Below, piece by piece: positions 1 to 13,369 of a stretch of DNA of 64,000 nt (positions are counted from its first letter, which is position 1; each line of letters starts with the position of its first letter). A model generated the notes under the pieces. It did no database searches. It saw only the letters and a list, made by a program, of their open reading frames with translations, and had not been told where the DNA came from. Source of the stretch: Octopus vulgaris (Eukaryota); assembly GCA_951406725.2 (NCBI GenBank), contig OX597820.1, forward strand, positions 118,854,001 through 118,918,000, written 5' to 3'. A program made the translations under genes and the position numbers.

Positions 1-5
1 TTTAT

Positions 6-66
6 ACACACACACACACACACACACACATGTATATGTTCTTCTCCTCTCTTTTTCTCTCTCTCA

Positions 67-116
<50 letters not shown>

Positions 117-130
117 TTCTCTCTCTTTTT

Positions 131-210
<80 letters not shown>
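6..210. repeat. (CA)n followed by (CT)n microsatellite
   Basis: Read directly; explains ORFs 2..217 and 30..251. Confidence 0.97.
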
Positions 211-212
<2 letters not shown>

Positions 213-591
213 GACATCTATATATACTTGTGGGTGGTTGTGCTTGCGTAAACAGCTAAAAGACTCGAGAAAGAAACTCACCTGTAATCAATTCCGGTGT
301 CAATTGTGATAACATCTCAAAATGACATCGTTAATACTAATCAGTTTTGCATATTCTGACATTCCCGAATAATGAAGAAATATCCGCGTATTTTGTCAGA
401 TCTGTCAGTTGTCATTCAGTTTGCTATATTTCTTATTTGGCAAATAAACACGTACACACATGCACACTGGCACATACACACACACACACGCACGACACAC
501 CCACCCACAATAACAAACACACACACACACACACTCACGCGTAAACACGTGTATATATGTATATATACATATATACATATATGTATATATA

Positions 592-646
<55 letters not shown>

Positions 647-1374
647 CATTACTTCCTTACCTGCATAATACATGCATACATACACACACACAATATCTGT
701 ATCCATCAGTATATCTATCTATTTATCTATTTATCTATTTATTTATTTATTTATTTATTTATCTATGTACATACATGCATATATATATATATACATATAT
801 AAAATGTAGTATCGAAGTAGAAAAAAATGGTGAAAATTGTTTACAGGTATCGAGCACTGTATCCCCTAAAATACTTCTATCTGTGATAACCATTAACACA
901 AGTTATTTGACAGACTTGCCCGAAACTCCCCTCTGGACAACAAATGTTTTGGGAAGGAAATACAATACGCTATTGACATCCATGACACAATACAGATCTA
1001 ATTTTGGTTCTCACAAGAACGCTTTGCTACAATAATTCTATGATTATCCAAGTTTGTTTAGTTTTTATATAGTTGTAGGTTGGACAATCCATACTTAAAC
1101 ATTTTAACTGAAAGTATGCATTTAATGGCCACCACATGCTATTTCTGTTTGACAAAAAAGCTAAGTATATGACATGAGTAATAATGCATTTTCTTGGTGC
1201 ATATCATTTAGCTGGCAATAACATGTTGACGGTTGGCCGGATGGATCCTTACAACTTTCAGAATGAGAGGACAGGAGATTATGATGATCCCCTGGAGGAC
1301 ATATGTTCTTAGTTGCCCTAACTACTGCTTCCAACCATAGTCACTACAATGTGTCAGAAATGGCAGAACACGAA

Positions 1375-1620
1375 GCTATCTACACTGAGCTACACAAAGA
1401 AGATCGTTTCAATGCGACATGTTGGCTACAGGGAAAGGCTGAAAGAATTTGAGGCTGTGTTCCCTAAAACGAAGGCGGAAAGATGTCCAGTGGTACACAG
1501 CTGGAAAATCCTAGAAAGACTTGTACCAAAATATGGCATTCAAATTTACACAAACAGCAGAACGGTGCTGTCGCTGAAAAGTGCCAAAACACTCAACATT
1601 ATCTCGGGAGCAGCTTGAGA
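1375..1620 (+). mobile_element. Degenerate CR1/L2-group LINE ORF2 C-terminal remnant
   Basis: YTKKIVSMRHVGYRERLK...WKILERLVP matches the post-RT motif (TKxI..Y.ERL..L.LYSL.RRR) also seen at 62019-62240. Confidence 0.6.
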
Positions 1621-1806
1621 TTCGCAAACTACTTGCATTTTCCCTCCCAAACTAATCCAACACATTGCAGCAAAATAGACCATGAACACCACCACATCAT
1701 ACTCACCACCGTCACGTTCTGATCTACCTTACTCCACTCACCCAAACAACTGTTTACACGAAAATAAAATGTTTTCCACTCGACGTAAAAATAATAGATG
1801 GAAATA

Positions 1807-2255
1807 AAGGCGCAGACGTGGTTTTGTGGTTAGAAGATTGTTTCTCAACCCCACGGTTCTGCGTTCAGTCCCACTGCATAGCACCTTGCATAGCCTCGTG
1901 TTGACCAAAGCCTTGTGAGCAAATTTATTAGAAGGAAACTGAAAGAATCCCTTCATGTATATAATACATACATACATACATATATATACATATATATATA
2001 TATATGAATGTATGTATACATACATGTGTGCGTGTGTGCGAGAGAGTCTTTGCGTCTGTGTTTGTCCCCTACAACCGCTCGACAAATCGGTGTTTGTTTG
2101 TTTCCGTCCCTGTAAACAAGCAGTTCGATAGAATAAGTACCTGGCTTAAAGACACCGAAAGAAGTACTGCAGTCGATTCATCCGACTAAAGATCGTTTAA
2201 GACGGTGCCCCAGCATGGCCGGAGCCTAATGTCTGAAACAGAGTAAAAGAAGAAA
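1807..2255 (+). mobile_element. SINE family A copy (old, diverged)
   Basis: tRNA-like head with gttcagtccc, GGAAACTGAAAGAA, internal (TA)n(TG)n, and a tail cagcatggcc...ctgaaaca like the copy at 23542. Confidence 0.85.
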
Positions 2256-2940
2256 GGAGCGAAAATCAATGCCGACGTAAAGCTTTACCACAATTCCTAT
2301 TTTTACAATCGAAGTCCAACAAGAAGCGTATACCATCTAAATAATTTTTTTCTCTTGCTTTCAGCTATAGAATGACTTCGACATACAGAGTAGAATAAAA
2401 TTTATTTGATACGATAACATAACTGTCTGAATATCGCCCTTCATCACCACTGCGCTCAATCAATGGAACCCACGTCTACATGCAATCTTACATTTTGCAT
2501 TTTATAGTATATGTTATATTTTGCACCAAATATTACGCACAACGTGTTGACTTTTTCATAGTAGAAAATGAATGCATACTAATTCCTCCTACATAAGTTT
2601 TTGTGAACTTTCATATCACGCCAACAATGAAAAACACGTAGATCTGGACGTAAGTTTAATGGCGCATCTACACGCCCCCACTCCACCGCGGCCAGTAAAC
2701 ACACACAACATACAAATCGCCCCCATCTTGCATGATGTGCTGTACACTTAACATAAAGCTATCAATACAGCACATTGAAATATTATTGTGAACATCTATC
2801 GAACACAATAAACACCTATGATCCAGTCACAATATATAATCAATCGACAATTGTGCCACAATTGCAGGAGAAGCCTACCCGCAGCAAAAGTCTGCTGCAT
2901 TGGTAGAGAGACCAAAGTAATACTAATTCTATTACACATA

Positions 2941-3135
<195 letters not shown>

Positions 3136-3573
3136 TATATGTATGTATAACCATTTATATAAACTTGTTATTCTCATACAATCTCCTACATGCAATTCGC
3201 TTTACAATTCGTGCACAAGGAACACAATCAATTAATTGCATTCATTTTAATACCTGAACTCTTACCCAATTGCCACAATATAATATATCGCTGGCATTAT
3301 TCTACCCACAAGGGCCATACAATTCTATCAATATGTGTATGTGTGTGCTTGTGTGATTATGTGTACATTTACACACACACAAACACACACGCACACACAA
3401 ACATGTACTTCAATACAAATTCTTAGATGGTATACTATTTAACGATTGCAAAGTTTTATGTTACACAATATTTCACATACGTTGGACATACACGAAAATA
3501 CAGACTTGATATGTTTTGTTATACAAAGTGGCCTAAAAGTCACTGGGGAGGGGGGGTTAATTCTTAATAACTC

Positions 3574-3638
3574 CAAGGTGGCGAGCTGGCAGAACCGTTA
3601 GCACGCCGGGCGAAATGCGTAGCAGTATTTCGTCTGCA
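3574..3638 (+). mobile_element. SINE family B head fragment
   Basis: aaggtggcgagctggcagaaccgttagcacgccgggcgaaatgc matches the heads at 5076 and 19321. Confidence 0.85.
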
Positions 3639-3649
3639 TTAATGACTAA

Positions 3650-4710
3650 TGATATAAAAGCCAAGATAGACAAAAATCCAAGTAGGTTCCCAATGTAGAT
3701 TATGCAAATCAAAAGAAGAAATTGTTACTCATAGAGTATGTGGATATAGCAAACTCGCACAGAAAAGACATGACAAACTCGGTAGAATAATCCATGTAGA
3801 CGGCTAGGATTTGAACACCCAGATAAATAGTATGAACATAAAGTGGAGGCGCAATGGCCCAGTGGTTAGGGCAGCGGACTCGCGGTCGTAGGATCGCGGT
3901 TTCGATTCCCAGACCGGGCGTTGTGAGTGTTTATTGAGCGAAAACACCTAAAGCTCCACGAGGCTCCGGCAGGGGATGGTGGTGATCCCTGCTGTACTCT
4001 TTCACCACAACTTTCTCTCGCTCTTACTTCCTGTTTCTGTTGTACCTGTATTTCAAAGGACCGGCGTTGTCACTCTCTGTATCACGCTGAATATCCCCGA
4101 GAACTACGTTAAGGGTACACGTATTTGTTGAGTGCTCAGCCACTTACACGTTAATTTCACGAGCAGGCTGTTCCGTTGATCGGATCAACCGGAACCCTCG
4201 TCGTCGTAACCGACTGAGTGCTTCCATCCAGTATGAACATAAACCTTGTAAAGTACTAGGAAGTAAGAAATAGGAGATGTTGTGGGACTTGAACATTCAG
4301 ACTGACAGAGTAATAGAAGCTAGAAGGCCTAATTTAGTAGTAGTAAAGAAAATAGAAAATGCCAGATAATTGATTTTACAGTCCCAAATTGTGAAAGAAA
4401 TCAATATGAGAGGTATAAAAAATAGCAAAGTACCTAGCCATTGAATTACAGAGAGTATGGAGAGTGCGAGTAAAATGTATATCAATAGTTATAGGTGCAT
4501 TGGGAACTATCCTTATAGATTTGAACAGATGGATAGAGGAAATAGTCATAAAACCCAGTTTAGTACAGCTCCAGAAAACAGTGTTATTAGGGATACTTAG
4601 AAGGATTACTTAGAAGGATTATTGGCATCTAAAATTACTTTTTATCCCGATGTTAGGATTTTTTATTTTCCAACAGTCTAATGTGTTGTGTGTATATGAA
4701 TAATAATAAT
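3650..4710 (+). mobile_element. Degenerate R4/Dong-type RLE LINE 3' part, interrupted by a SINE
   Basis: Broken RHD..GRIIH, LWDLNIQTDRVIEARRPNLVV, VIGALGTI and LQKTVLLG motifs; ends in (AAT)n. Confidence 0.8.
3843..4229 (+). mobile_element. SINE family C (tRNA-derived), full length
   Basis: A box TGGCCCAGTGG and B-box-like GGTTTCGATTCC; 14-bp TSD AGTATGAACATAAA (3829-3842 / 4230-4243); closely similar copy at 41086. Confidence 0.95.
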
Positions 4711-4711
4711 A

Positions 4712-4855
4712 ACCGCCAGGAATAATCAGGAAAATATCAGATAGCTGAAGGGAACAAATAGCATGGTATCATAGACTTTAGTTAAGCAAACCCGCTACTC
4801 ACGCAAGATCCCAGGAGTTCCAAAAAAATCTGAGTTTAAAGAACCAGAATAATAA
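4712..4855 (+). mobile_element. Dong-type LINE extreme 3' end (family 3)
   Basis: Similar to 36575-36718 (gatagct...atagcatggta...aaacccgctac); preceded by (AAT)n. Confidence 0.6.
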
Positions 4856-4994
4856 ATCTTGCTGGTCCTGCTTGTCGCGTTTGTTCTGCAACGGTAAAAA
4901 AAAAACAATGCCGTTTCATCTGTGGATGCTCTATGCTGGTTGGTTAGTATTGGAACGGGATTACATGATACACATATGAACTCCCATACGAGAA

Positions 4995-5700
4995 GAACTA
5001 GTGGAAATATAAGTATGCCAAAGTAGTAGAAAATAAATATATTACCTTACTTTGGGACTCTATTATTGAAACTGAAGGCAGCGAGCTGGCAGAAATGTTA
5101 GCACGCCGGGCGAAATGCTTTGCGGTATTTCGTCTGCCGCTACGTTCTGAGTTCAAATTCCGCCGAGATCGACTTTGCCTTTCATCCTTTCGGTGTCGAT
5201 AAATTAAGTACCAGTTACGCACTGGGATTGATGTAATCGACATAATCCGTTTGTCTGTCCTCGTTTGTCCTCTCTGTGTTTAGCCCCTTGTGGGTAGTAA
5301 AGAAATGTATTATTGAAACTGATCAATGCATTCAGCCAATATACCAGTTATTGAGGTAAAATCACATTTTTGCTCATGAACATGTCTATCGTAGAAGACA
5401 GCAACACTTCTGAAAAAAACATTTGGAAATTATGTGTGAGGGATTGTGTTTACGTTATGCAACTGCTTGTAACACAAAGTTTAAATTTTGATTTGAAACG
5501 TTAAGTAAATACAAGGATCTTCAAATAGAGTTCTCAAAGACTGGGCGTCTAAGAACAATTGCACGCACCTGTGGTTAATGGGTTTTAGAGGGATAATACC
5601 AAAAATGCTCTAAACAATATGGCCAGAACTGCAAAACACTTTAAGAAAAGCATTGTCATGCTGAAAATAAATGATCCTCTTAAAACTGTTTCAAGACTGA
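4995..5700 (+). mobile_element. Highly degenerate RLE LINE 3' remnant interrupted by SINE B
   Basis: WKYKYAKVVENKYITLLWDSIIETD, then SKYKDLQIEF; matches the RLE region of 13861-15168. Confidence 0.65.
5076..5307 (+). mobile_element. SINE family B, full length
   Basis: B box GAGTTCAAATTC; core gactttgcctttcatcctttcgg..gataaattaagtacc (resembles the Meta-SINE domain, from recall); 15-bp TSD TATTATTGAAACTGA (5061-5075 / 5308-5322). Confidence 0.95.
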
Positions 5701-6989
5701 ACTATTACAAATTTAAAAGAATCTTAATTAACAGATGCTGGTCTTCTTCCCTTCCAGTATATCATAAACAACAGCTATAGAAAAATCTTCCAGCTTGCCG
5801 TAACTTGCGATCTCCGAGCGACACTTTGAGCAGCTCCTAAAATACAAAGCAACAATAACGTAAAGAATATTGATAATGATATAACAACAAACAACAATGT
5901 GAAGGCATCCGTTCAACTAATTTTAGAAAAGAAACTCCTCCCCTGAATGCGACCACCAGACGTGATAAACTGTATTCTTGTGGATAGATGTCTAGTTTGG
6001 GAAGCACAGATGTCTTTCATACAATTAACTGTTGTAAGTACAATTATATAGAAAAAAAAACTACCTTTTAAATAGTCAGTTTAGATAATACACGTATTAT
6101 TATGTACACTTAAGTAAAATGATGAGAGTTTTTTTTTGTTTCTTTTTCTTTTACTTTTTTTTCAATATCTATTCAGATTTTTACACAAAGTTCTAGATTG
6201 ATAGATTTTAATAACGAAGTTGTTCAATTGTTCTATTTTGAGACAATAATTTGATGTTATTTTATGTATTTATTTATGCTGTAAGCGGCATCTACTTGAG
6301 ATAGCAACAATTTCCTGGACATAATTGAAAGACGTTAGTCAAATATGGAACAAAAATTTTAAAAACTGTCTTTCTTCGCAAATAAGTTGTTTTTGTTGTT
6401 TTGTTCTTTCTGTCTCTTTATAAATATATATGACCATAGAAAATCTGTAGCTAACAAAATCCTTTATTCATCAGTTTTTAGACCAGATGTTCGGATTTAA
6501 AATATCTTTTCCTGAAACGCAGTACAGACCTACGTTACTACTCTTCTATTGTGTTCCATTCATAAGATTTCAAATCCGGATTAACATAGTCTGCTAAGCT
6601 CTAAATATTTGTGTTAACGACACAGTAATTATAAGATCAGATTTTAGCATTGTAAGAAGTCCAGTTTGAACTTCAGGAATATTATTTCGTTTCTGTACTT
6701 GACTCGCATGATTTTTTATGCGAATTTCTTTGTTGAAACGCATTTAGTTGTATCTTTAGAGAATTAAAAAGCACACACACACTGGTTGTATTTCACTTCA
6801 TTATTAACTAATCAAGTGTTTGATAAATTCTTCAATCAATCAATTGGTTATATCATATTCCTTTCCTCGCCATTTGTGATCTCGTCAGTGACATGCCCTC
6901 TCGAGTATGCTTCAGGTCTGACAGACAGGCCAGTGCATATGTTTAATATTGGCATAATGACCTCCCGAGATACAACATAATAATACATT

Positions 6990-8900
6990 TTCATTCTCCG
7001 TCCCCCTTCTTTCTTCTTTATATACAATCATGACACATCACTCTTGGGGTGTAGTTCCTTGTTCATTATTTTGTAATTCATGCTTCTTCCAAGATACTAT
7101 CCCTGCCCCATATCTCATCAAAGCAACCGCCCACGCATTAATTGCTCTAATCGTATAGCGGCCATTTAACTTCGATTGGAGCACAAACCGAGTTCTCCTC
7201 AAATAATATTTCCTGTACATTTCTTTCATCTTGTGTTCATTCATCTTATCTCTTTCGATGATACCCAGGTGCTTTTATCCTTCCTCTCCGACTTCCTTTA
7301 GAATTTCACCACTTTCCAGTTTGATCCCCTGGCTTTAACTGTTTTTCTCCCTTTTGAGAATTATTACATCACATTTCTTGATCCCAAATTCCATGCCAAT
7401 ATCTTTGCTAATCCTCTGCACAGTTGCTGTCAAACGCTCAATTTCTTTCTCAGTCTTAGCGAATAGATTTAGGTCATCCATAGACCACAGGTTGTTTACT
7501 TTCACCCTGCCTAACGTGTACCCCACACACATCTTTCTTAAAACGCCCGTTAGTGGCAGTATGCAGACAACAAATAAGAGAGGCAACAGACTGTCCTCTT
7601 GAAAGATCCCTCTTTTGATATTTACTTCTCCCAGCTTATCTTCCCATGCCATGAGTTCAGTTCACCACGTTGTCATTGAGTTTAGCATTATCTTCAGGAT
7701 ATTGTGGGAGACCTGAAGCAGTTTAAGGCATTCAATAATCCACGAGTATGGGAACATGTCATATGCTTTCCTGTAGTCCACCCATGCCATCGCCGAATTT
7801 CTCCATCTCTTCTTGCAGTTAGCCAGGATAGTCTTATCGATTAGTAATTGATCCTTCCTTCCTCTGCTCTTACGTCTACACCCTTCTTGTTCCACTGGCA
7901 GTAGATCGTTCTCATCCAGATACTTATACATACTGATTGATATGATGCCCGTCATCAGTTTACACCACAGTGGCAAACAAGTTATTAGTCGGACATTTTC
8001 AACTGCTTTCCCTTTACTGGCATAGCAACCGTTCTTCCTGTTGTCATCCAAGCCGGTACTTGGATGTCGCTACTCAATATTTCGTCCATCTGTCTCGCAA
8101 TTCCCCTGTACTGAGCTGTCATAATTTTAAGCCAAAAGCCCTGAATCCCATCTGGGCCAGGCGCTTTCCAATTAGTAATTTTCCTGCACTGATCTCTAAT
8201 CATCTCCTCAGTTATTCTCAAATCCTCCTGCTGATCCTCTCCACTCTTTGAGAGTTTTATCCACTCTGCTTTAGTTTTGTGTTGTTTCTCCTGAGACCAT
8301 ACGTTTGCCCAGAATCTTTTGCTTTCTTTAGCACCCGGCATGGCTTTTTACCTTTCCCTTTCCCATTCAGTTCCTGATAGACTCGTTTCTGAGTTGGTTC
8401 GAAAAGTCTGTTTAATCTGTATTGCTCAATTCTCTGTTCACATCTCTTTAGTTTATGTGCTTTAGCTTTGATCCTATGTTTTAATTCCTCTCACAACATT
8501 GATTCCCTTTCTCTTCACTACTTCCTTTCTAACTCAACATATTTCTCTCTCTGAACTTCATTTCTCTTTTTTTCCGTTCCAGAATATTAATGTTTTCTCG
8601 TCTCGTTATTCTCTTTTTCCACCATGTTTCCTTCAGGTTATGTCGACATTTTACCTTTGGCTTTCAAACTTAACTTCCGGGCCATAAAGATTGAGATTGC
8701 ATTCATCAGAGTGTTGCTGTTTGTGATATGGCCCATCCTGATATCTCCAGTGATACCATTTATCTTCCCTACCCATTTATTGAGCTTCCTTCTGTCTACT
8801 TTTTTAAACCCCGTATGATGGCTCTGTTCACCTGAGCCTCAAATATCAATGATTACATTTAAAATGGATATCTGTTCCTCGGTTCTATCATCGCTTTCCT
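6990..8900 (-). mobile_element. R4/Dong-clade non-LTR retrotransposon RT region, frameshifted
   Basis: Consecutive minus-strand ORFs give [48 protein letters not shown] and LNGRYTIRAINAWAV. Confidence 0.92.
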
Positions 8901-8927
8901 GATCAATAATCTCAGCCTCATGCTCAT

Positions 8928-9210
8928 TTTCTTCTTCTTCTTCTTCTTCTTCTTCTTCTTCTTCTTCTTCTTCTTCTTCTTCTTCTTCTTCTTCTTCTTC
9001 TTCTTCTTCTTCTTCTTCTTCTTCTTCTCCTTCTCCTCGTCCTCCACTTCTTCTTCTCCCCCTCCTCCTCCTCCTCGTTTTCTTTTTTCTTCTTCTTCTT
9101 CTTCTTCTTCTTCTTCTTCTACTTCTACGCTTCCCCCTCCTCCTCTTCATTATCATCATCATTATTATTATTATTATTATCATCAATATTATTATTAATA
9201 TCATTATTAC

Positions 9211-9246
<36 letters not shown>

Positions 9247-9250
9247 TTAC
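8928..9250. repeat. (TTC)n grading into (TTA)n
   Basis: Read directly; explains the poly-E/K/F ORFs. Confidence 0.97.
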
Positions 9251-9254
9251 TTAC

Positions 9255-10662
9255 TTTTAATCGACATGTTTATTTCAATCACTTGCCAAGACACACCCAG
9301 CCTTCTAGGGCGAGTGAAGGATGAGAGATGTCACAATTTGACTGAAAGCTTGGGGAGGGGAAGTGGCAAGGGCAGCAGCGAAATATCTTCATGCAATACA
9401 TCACAGACGTTTAAATTGATTGGGTTTTTCTCAGGACGTGGGCAATACTTGTAAGCACAATATTTTGGATTTCTCTGAGACATGGTTCTCCTGGGATTTT
9501 ATCTAGATGTTTCTGACATCCCTTTCTTATCATACTTAGGGCACCCACAGTAACAGGAAGAGTTCTCGCTTTAAGATGCCACACATTTTTTGTATTTCAA
9601 TTTCCAGGTCCTTATATGGACATAATTTGTCAAATTCCTTTACAGATATATTTTTTATCAGTGGACACACTTATATCTGTTAGTCTACAAGTATTAACTT
9701 CTCAGTTTTTATTGATTATGTCTGGTCGATTGACCTGGATCGTTCTGTCGGTGTTGACTGGAAAATCCTCCAGGTGATAGCGACATTTTTACCTTCAACT
9801 CCTGGCTCAGGATGATGCTTATACCAGTAAGCAGGATTGCTGATTTAGTAGTGTTTACATATTTTCCGATGTAAATACTGTCCTACCCAATCGTGGCGAT
9901 ATCTGTATTTGTTTGATGTGAACACAGGACATCCCAAGACAAGATGATCAATTGTCTCATCAAATTTATCGCAGAATCTGCATTTATTGTCAGAACCGTT
10001 TTGAAGAACGTTAGCCTCGTAGATTTTTGTAAGCATGCTTTAGTCTTGTGCCGCCGATATGTAGCCTTCACTCTCTGCTTTCAATCCTGAGCTTCTCGGC
10101 CAGTGATGGGTTGTTGCTTGGTCTACATCAGCAATTCGGCTTCGAAGTATATACTGTCCGTGCATAGGCTTCTGGCTCCACCGCTCCTCAATTTGTTTCT
10201 GCCCGTTCCTTTTTGCAGTCAGTTTGATCCGTTTTTACTTTTTTCGTGGCAGTGGTTTGAGGTTCTTCCTCTAATTGAGGGTTGATGCCAAGTTCCTTTG
10301 CGAGTAGCAAACTTCCTTGACAAATGGAATGTGATTTTTATTATTTTCATCTTTGCATAGAAGCCGCAGCATCCAGTCCTCTGTGCTAGATAAGTACTTG
10401 AATTTTCCTCTTACAAAAGTTGCTTTAGCACACCTATCGAGACCAAAGTCCATCCAATGTCATTGCTGAATTCTTTAACAGTTGTTAGCAACCCTACTAC
10501 ATCTTTGCCATTTCTAGTAAACAGCTTCAGATTTTCCATATAAAACAGATGATTTATTATAATATATAATATTATACACGTTGAACCCATACCTGGTGTT
10601 ATTCAGTTCGTTTGAGAGTGGTTTCAGTGCCATGCAAAAGAGTAATGGGGAGAGGGAGTCAC
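9255..10662 (-). mobile_element. Second Dong-type LINE: RT through CCHC knuckle, RLE and 3' UTR, degenerate
   Basis: GDSLSPLLF at about 10640-10662, FGLDRCAK, CRFCDKFDETIDHLVLGC, RHDWVG; 3' end runs into (TAA)n on the minus strand. Confidence 0.9.
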
Positions 10663-10799
10663 CTAAAACCACCGCAGCCGCAGACCCATAAATTCTACGA
10701 TGTCAACTACCATTACTACAAACACCATCATCACAACCACAGCCATAACTAGGCGCCCCCTCAGTTTCCCCACGAAATAAGTTCCCTCTGGATGGCACA

Positions 10800-11130
10800 T
10801 TTATTTGCATCTATATATCTGCGTACTTCGTTGTCTACTAAGTTTCTCCATGGTGTGTATGCTTGTACAGTGAAGTTATTGTTTAGTTTTAATTGGACTG
10901 TAATAGAAAGCTTTCAAATCATCTCTATTTTATGCGTCTTGCTTTAGATGGTGTTTTTGGTGGTGCCACTACAGGTCTAGGGTTAGGGTTATTCTGGTTC
11001 TAGTTACCTGGAAGTTCGTTTTTTTTTTCGAGAGTTTGTTCCAACGACAGATTTCTTGACATCAGTCTGGTTCCCCAGTGGGTAACGCAACCCTTGTCCC
11101 GGGCGATGACCGAACCAGCATAAGTTGAAG
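10800..11130 (-). mobile_element. Probable 5' (N-terminal) piece of a Dong-type LINE
   Basis: Minus-strand translation contains AYTPWRNL...YIDANK, resembling R4/Dong N-termini (recall); collinear with 9255-10662. Confidence 0.5.
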
Positions 11131-11173
11131 CTTGTCATATCTATCGACTTTTCTTTCTCCTTTATCGCATACC

Positions 11174-11243
<70 letters not shown>

Positions 11244-11478
11244 TACTATTATTATTTGTGCATGCTAATTTATCAGATATTTTATCTTGAGATTTGGTGA
11301 TGGGGCTCCTGAAATTTCAAGAATCTTCTGGTAGAAGATAGAATGCTACTTTTCTACAATGCGAGTTTCACCTCTTTTATACTCGTTTTCTGCTAGTATA
11401 CTGCATTACTCAAACAGTGATAAATATATTCGTCTCCATTCCTGAAGATTGTACATTTGCTCTCTGACTGATTTTTGC
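11131..11478 (-). repeat. Inverted duplicate of 13468-13850 plus 15320-15370
   Basis: Reverse complement matches nearly base for base on both sides of the (AAT)n tract. Confidence 0.93.
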
Positions 11479-11832
11479 ATTGACGGTGACAAAATGAGAC
11501 GGCTCTGCTTATTCAAGATTGACTTTTTTGACAAGACACTGTTTCCTTGTTATTCGAATGGATTTATCATAGCAGAGGCTGATAGATCGAAAAAACGCTG
11601 CTATTTATTTGGATAGCTATTTTTCCAGGCATAACCGTTTAGTGATCTTTTAAGCTGAGTGAATAATTTACGACTCTTTATATTCGTTTGAAAGAGGTCA
11701 CTTAGATGGGTTTGGTACGGTGTCGCTCGTGACATGGGTTTTTCTTTCATTTTCTCTGTGTGTACGTGTGTGCCGTTTAGGATTTATTTATGTTGCTTGT
11801 AAATATTATTGTTATTATTATAATTATTATTA

Positions 11833-11867
<35 letters not shown>

Positions 11868-12411
11868 ATCATCATCATCATCATCATCATCATTATTATT
11901 ATTATTATTAACATCATCATCATCATCATCTCCGGATTTAAAATTAAAAAAAAGTTTTATCCTTTTACAAACACGTTAAGAACCCATCCGTCTCTCATAC
12001 CCTAGACACGCAAATTAGACCACCTTCTTCATCATCAACACCAACATAAATCGCATCTCTACCAACCAATATCACCATCGTCTGCAATATTTGACACCTA
12101 CTATAAAAAAAAACAGTAAAAAAACACAGCTAATAGTCAAAAGACTTTGACTGTTAGTGGTCAGGGATGACTAACATCACCAGAGCAACCACCGTCAACA
12201 CTAAACCCACCGCAGCCGAAGACCCATAAGTTCTACATTGACAACTACAATTTTAATACAAACACCGTCATCACAACCACAGCGACAACTAGGCGCAGCC
12301 TCAGTGTCCCCACGAAATAAGTTCCCCCTGGATGGCACATAGAAACTCGGGTGACATGTACTAAAATCTTGTTGGGCAATTACTATTAGTGTTAAAGATT
12401 TTAATCAAAAA

Positions 12412-13015
12412 CCTATTTCTTTACTACCCACAAGGGGCTAAACACAGTGAGGACAAACAAGGACAGACAAACGGATTAAGTCGATGATATCGACCCCAGT
12501 GCGTAACTGGTACTTATTTAATCGACCCCGAAAGGATGAAAGGCAAAGACGACCTCAGCGGAATTTGAACTCACAACGTAGCGGTAGACGAAATACCTAT
12601 TTCTTTACTACCCACAAGGAGCTAAACACAGAGAGGACAAACAAGGGCAGACAAACGGATTAAGTCGATGATATCGACCCCAGCGCGTAACTGGTACTTA
12701 TTTAATCGACCCCGAAAGGATGAAAGGCAAAGACGACCTCAGCGGAATTTGAACTCACAACGTAGCGGTAGACGAAATACCTATTTCTTTACTACCCACA
12801 AGGAGCTAAACACAGAGAGGACAAACAAGGACAGACAAACGGATTAAGTCGATTATATCGACCCCAGCGCGTAACTGGTACTTATTTAATCGACCCCGAA
12901 AGGATGAAAGGCAAAGTCGACCTCGACGGAATTTGAACACAGAACGTAGCGGCAGACGAAATACCGCTAAGCAATTCGCTCGGCGTGCTAACGTTTCTGC
13001 CAGCTCACCGCCTTA
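12412..13015 (-). mobile_element. SINE family B head-to-tail trimer (about 184-bp units)
   Basis: Units start at 12412, 12597 and 12781; only the last carries the tRNA head. Confidence 0.95.
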
Positions 13016-13369
13016 ACCACCGTGAACAAGATCAATATCGGTTTATAACAAAACAAACATCATTACCACAATTTTGAAAATTCTACTTCTCATCATTGTT
13101 ACCGTCGACATCATGATAATTATAGCTATCTTCATTATATATTGTTCATAACTGATAATGATGCTGGGGATTGTGATCATAGAAAATGATTATACCGATA
13201 ATTATTTTGCTATAAAATGATATTACTACGCGTGCAAATTATTACCAGTGTTGTAAAAGTTACTGAAAATTGAAGATGATGACGACAAAGGTAAGAATGG
13301 CCATAAATATGACAGAGACACGAATAACAACAACAACCACAACAACAACAATCCGTAAATGTTCGAGGT

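Noticed and set aside
12412-13015. CRISPR-like or regularly spaced repeat array
   Set aside because: Units are whole SINE bodies with no unique spacers; no cas genes; eukaryotic context.
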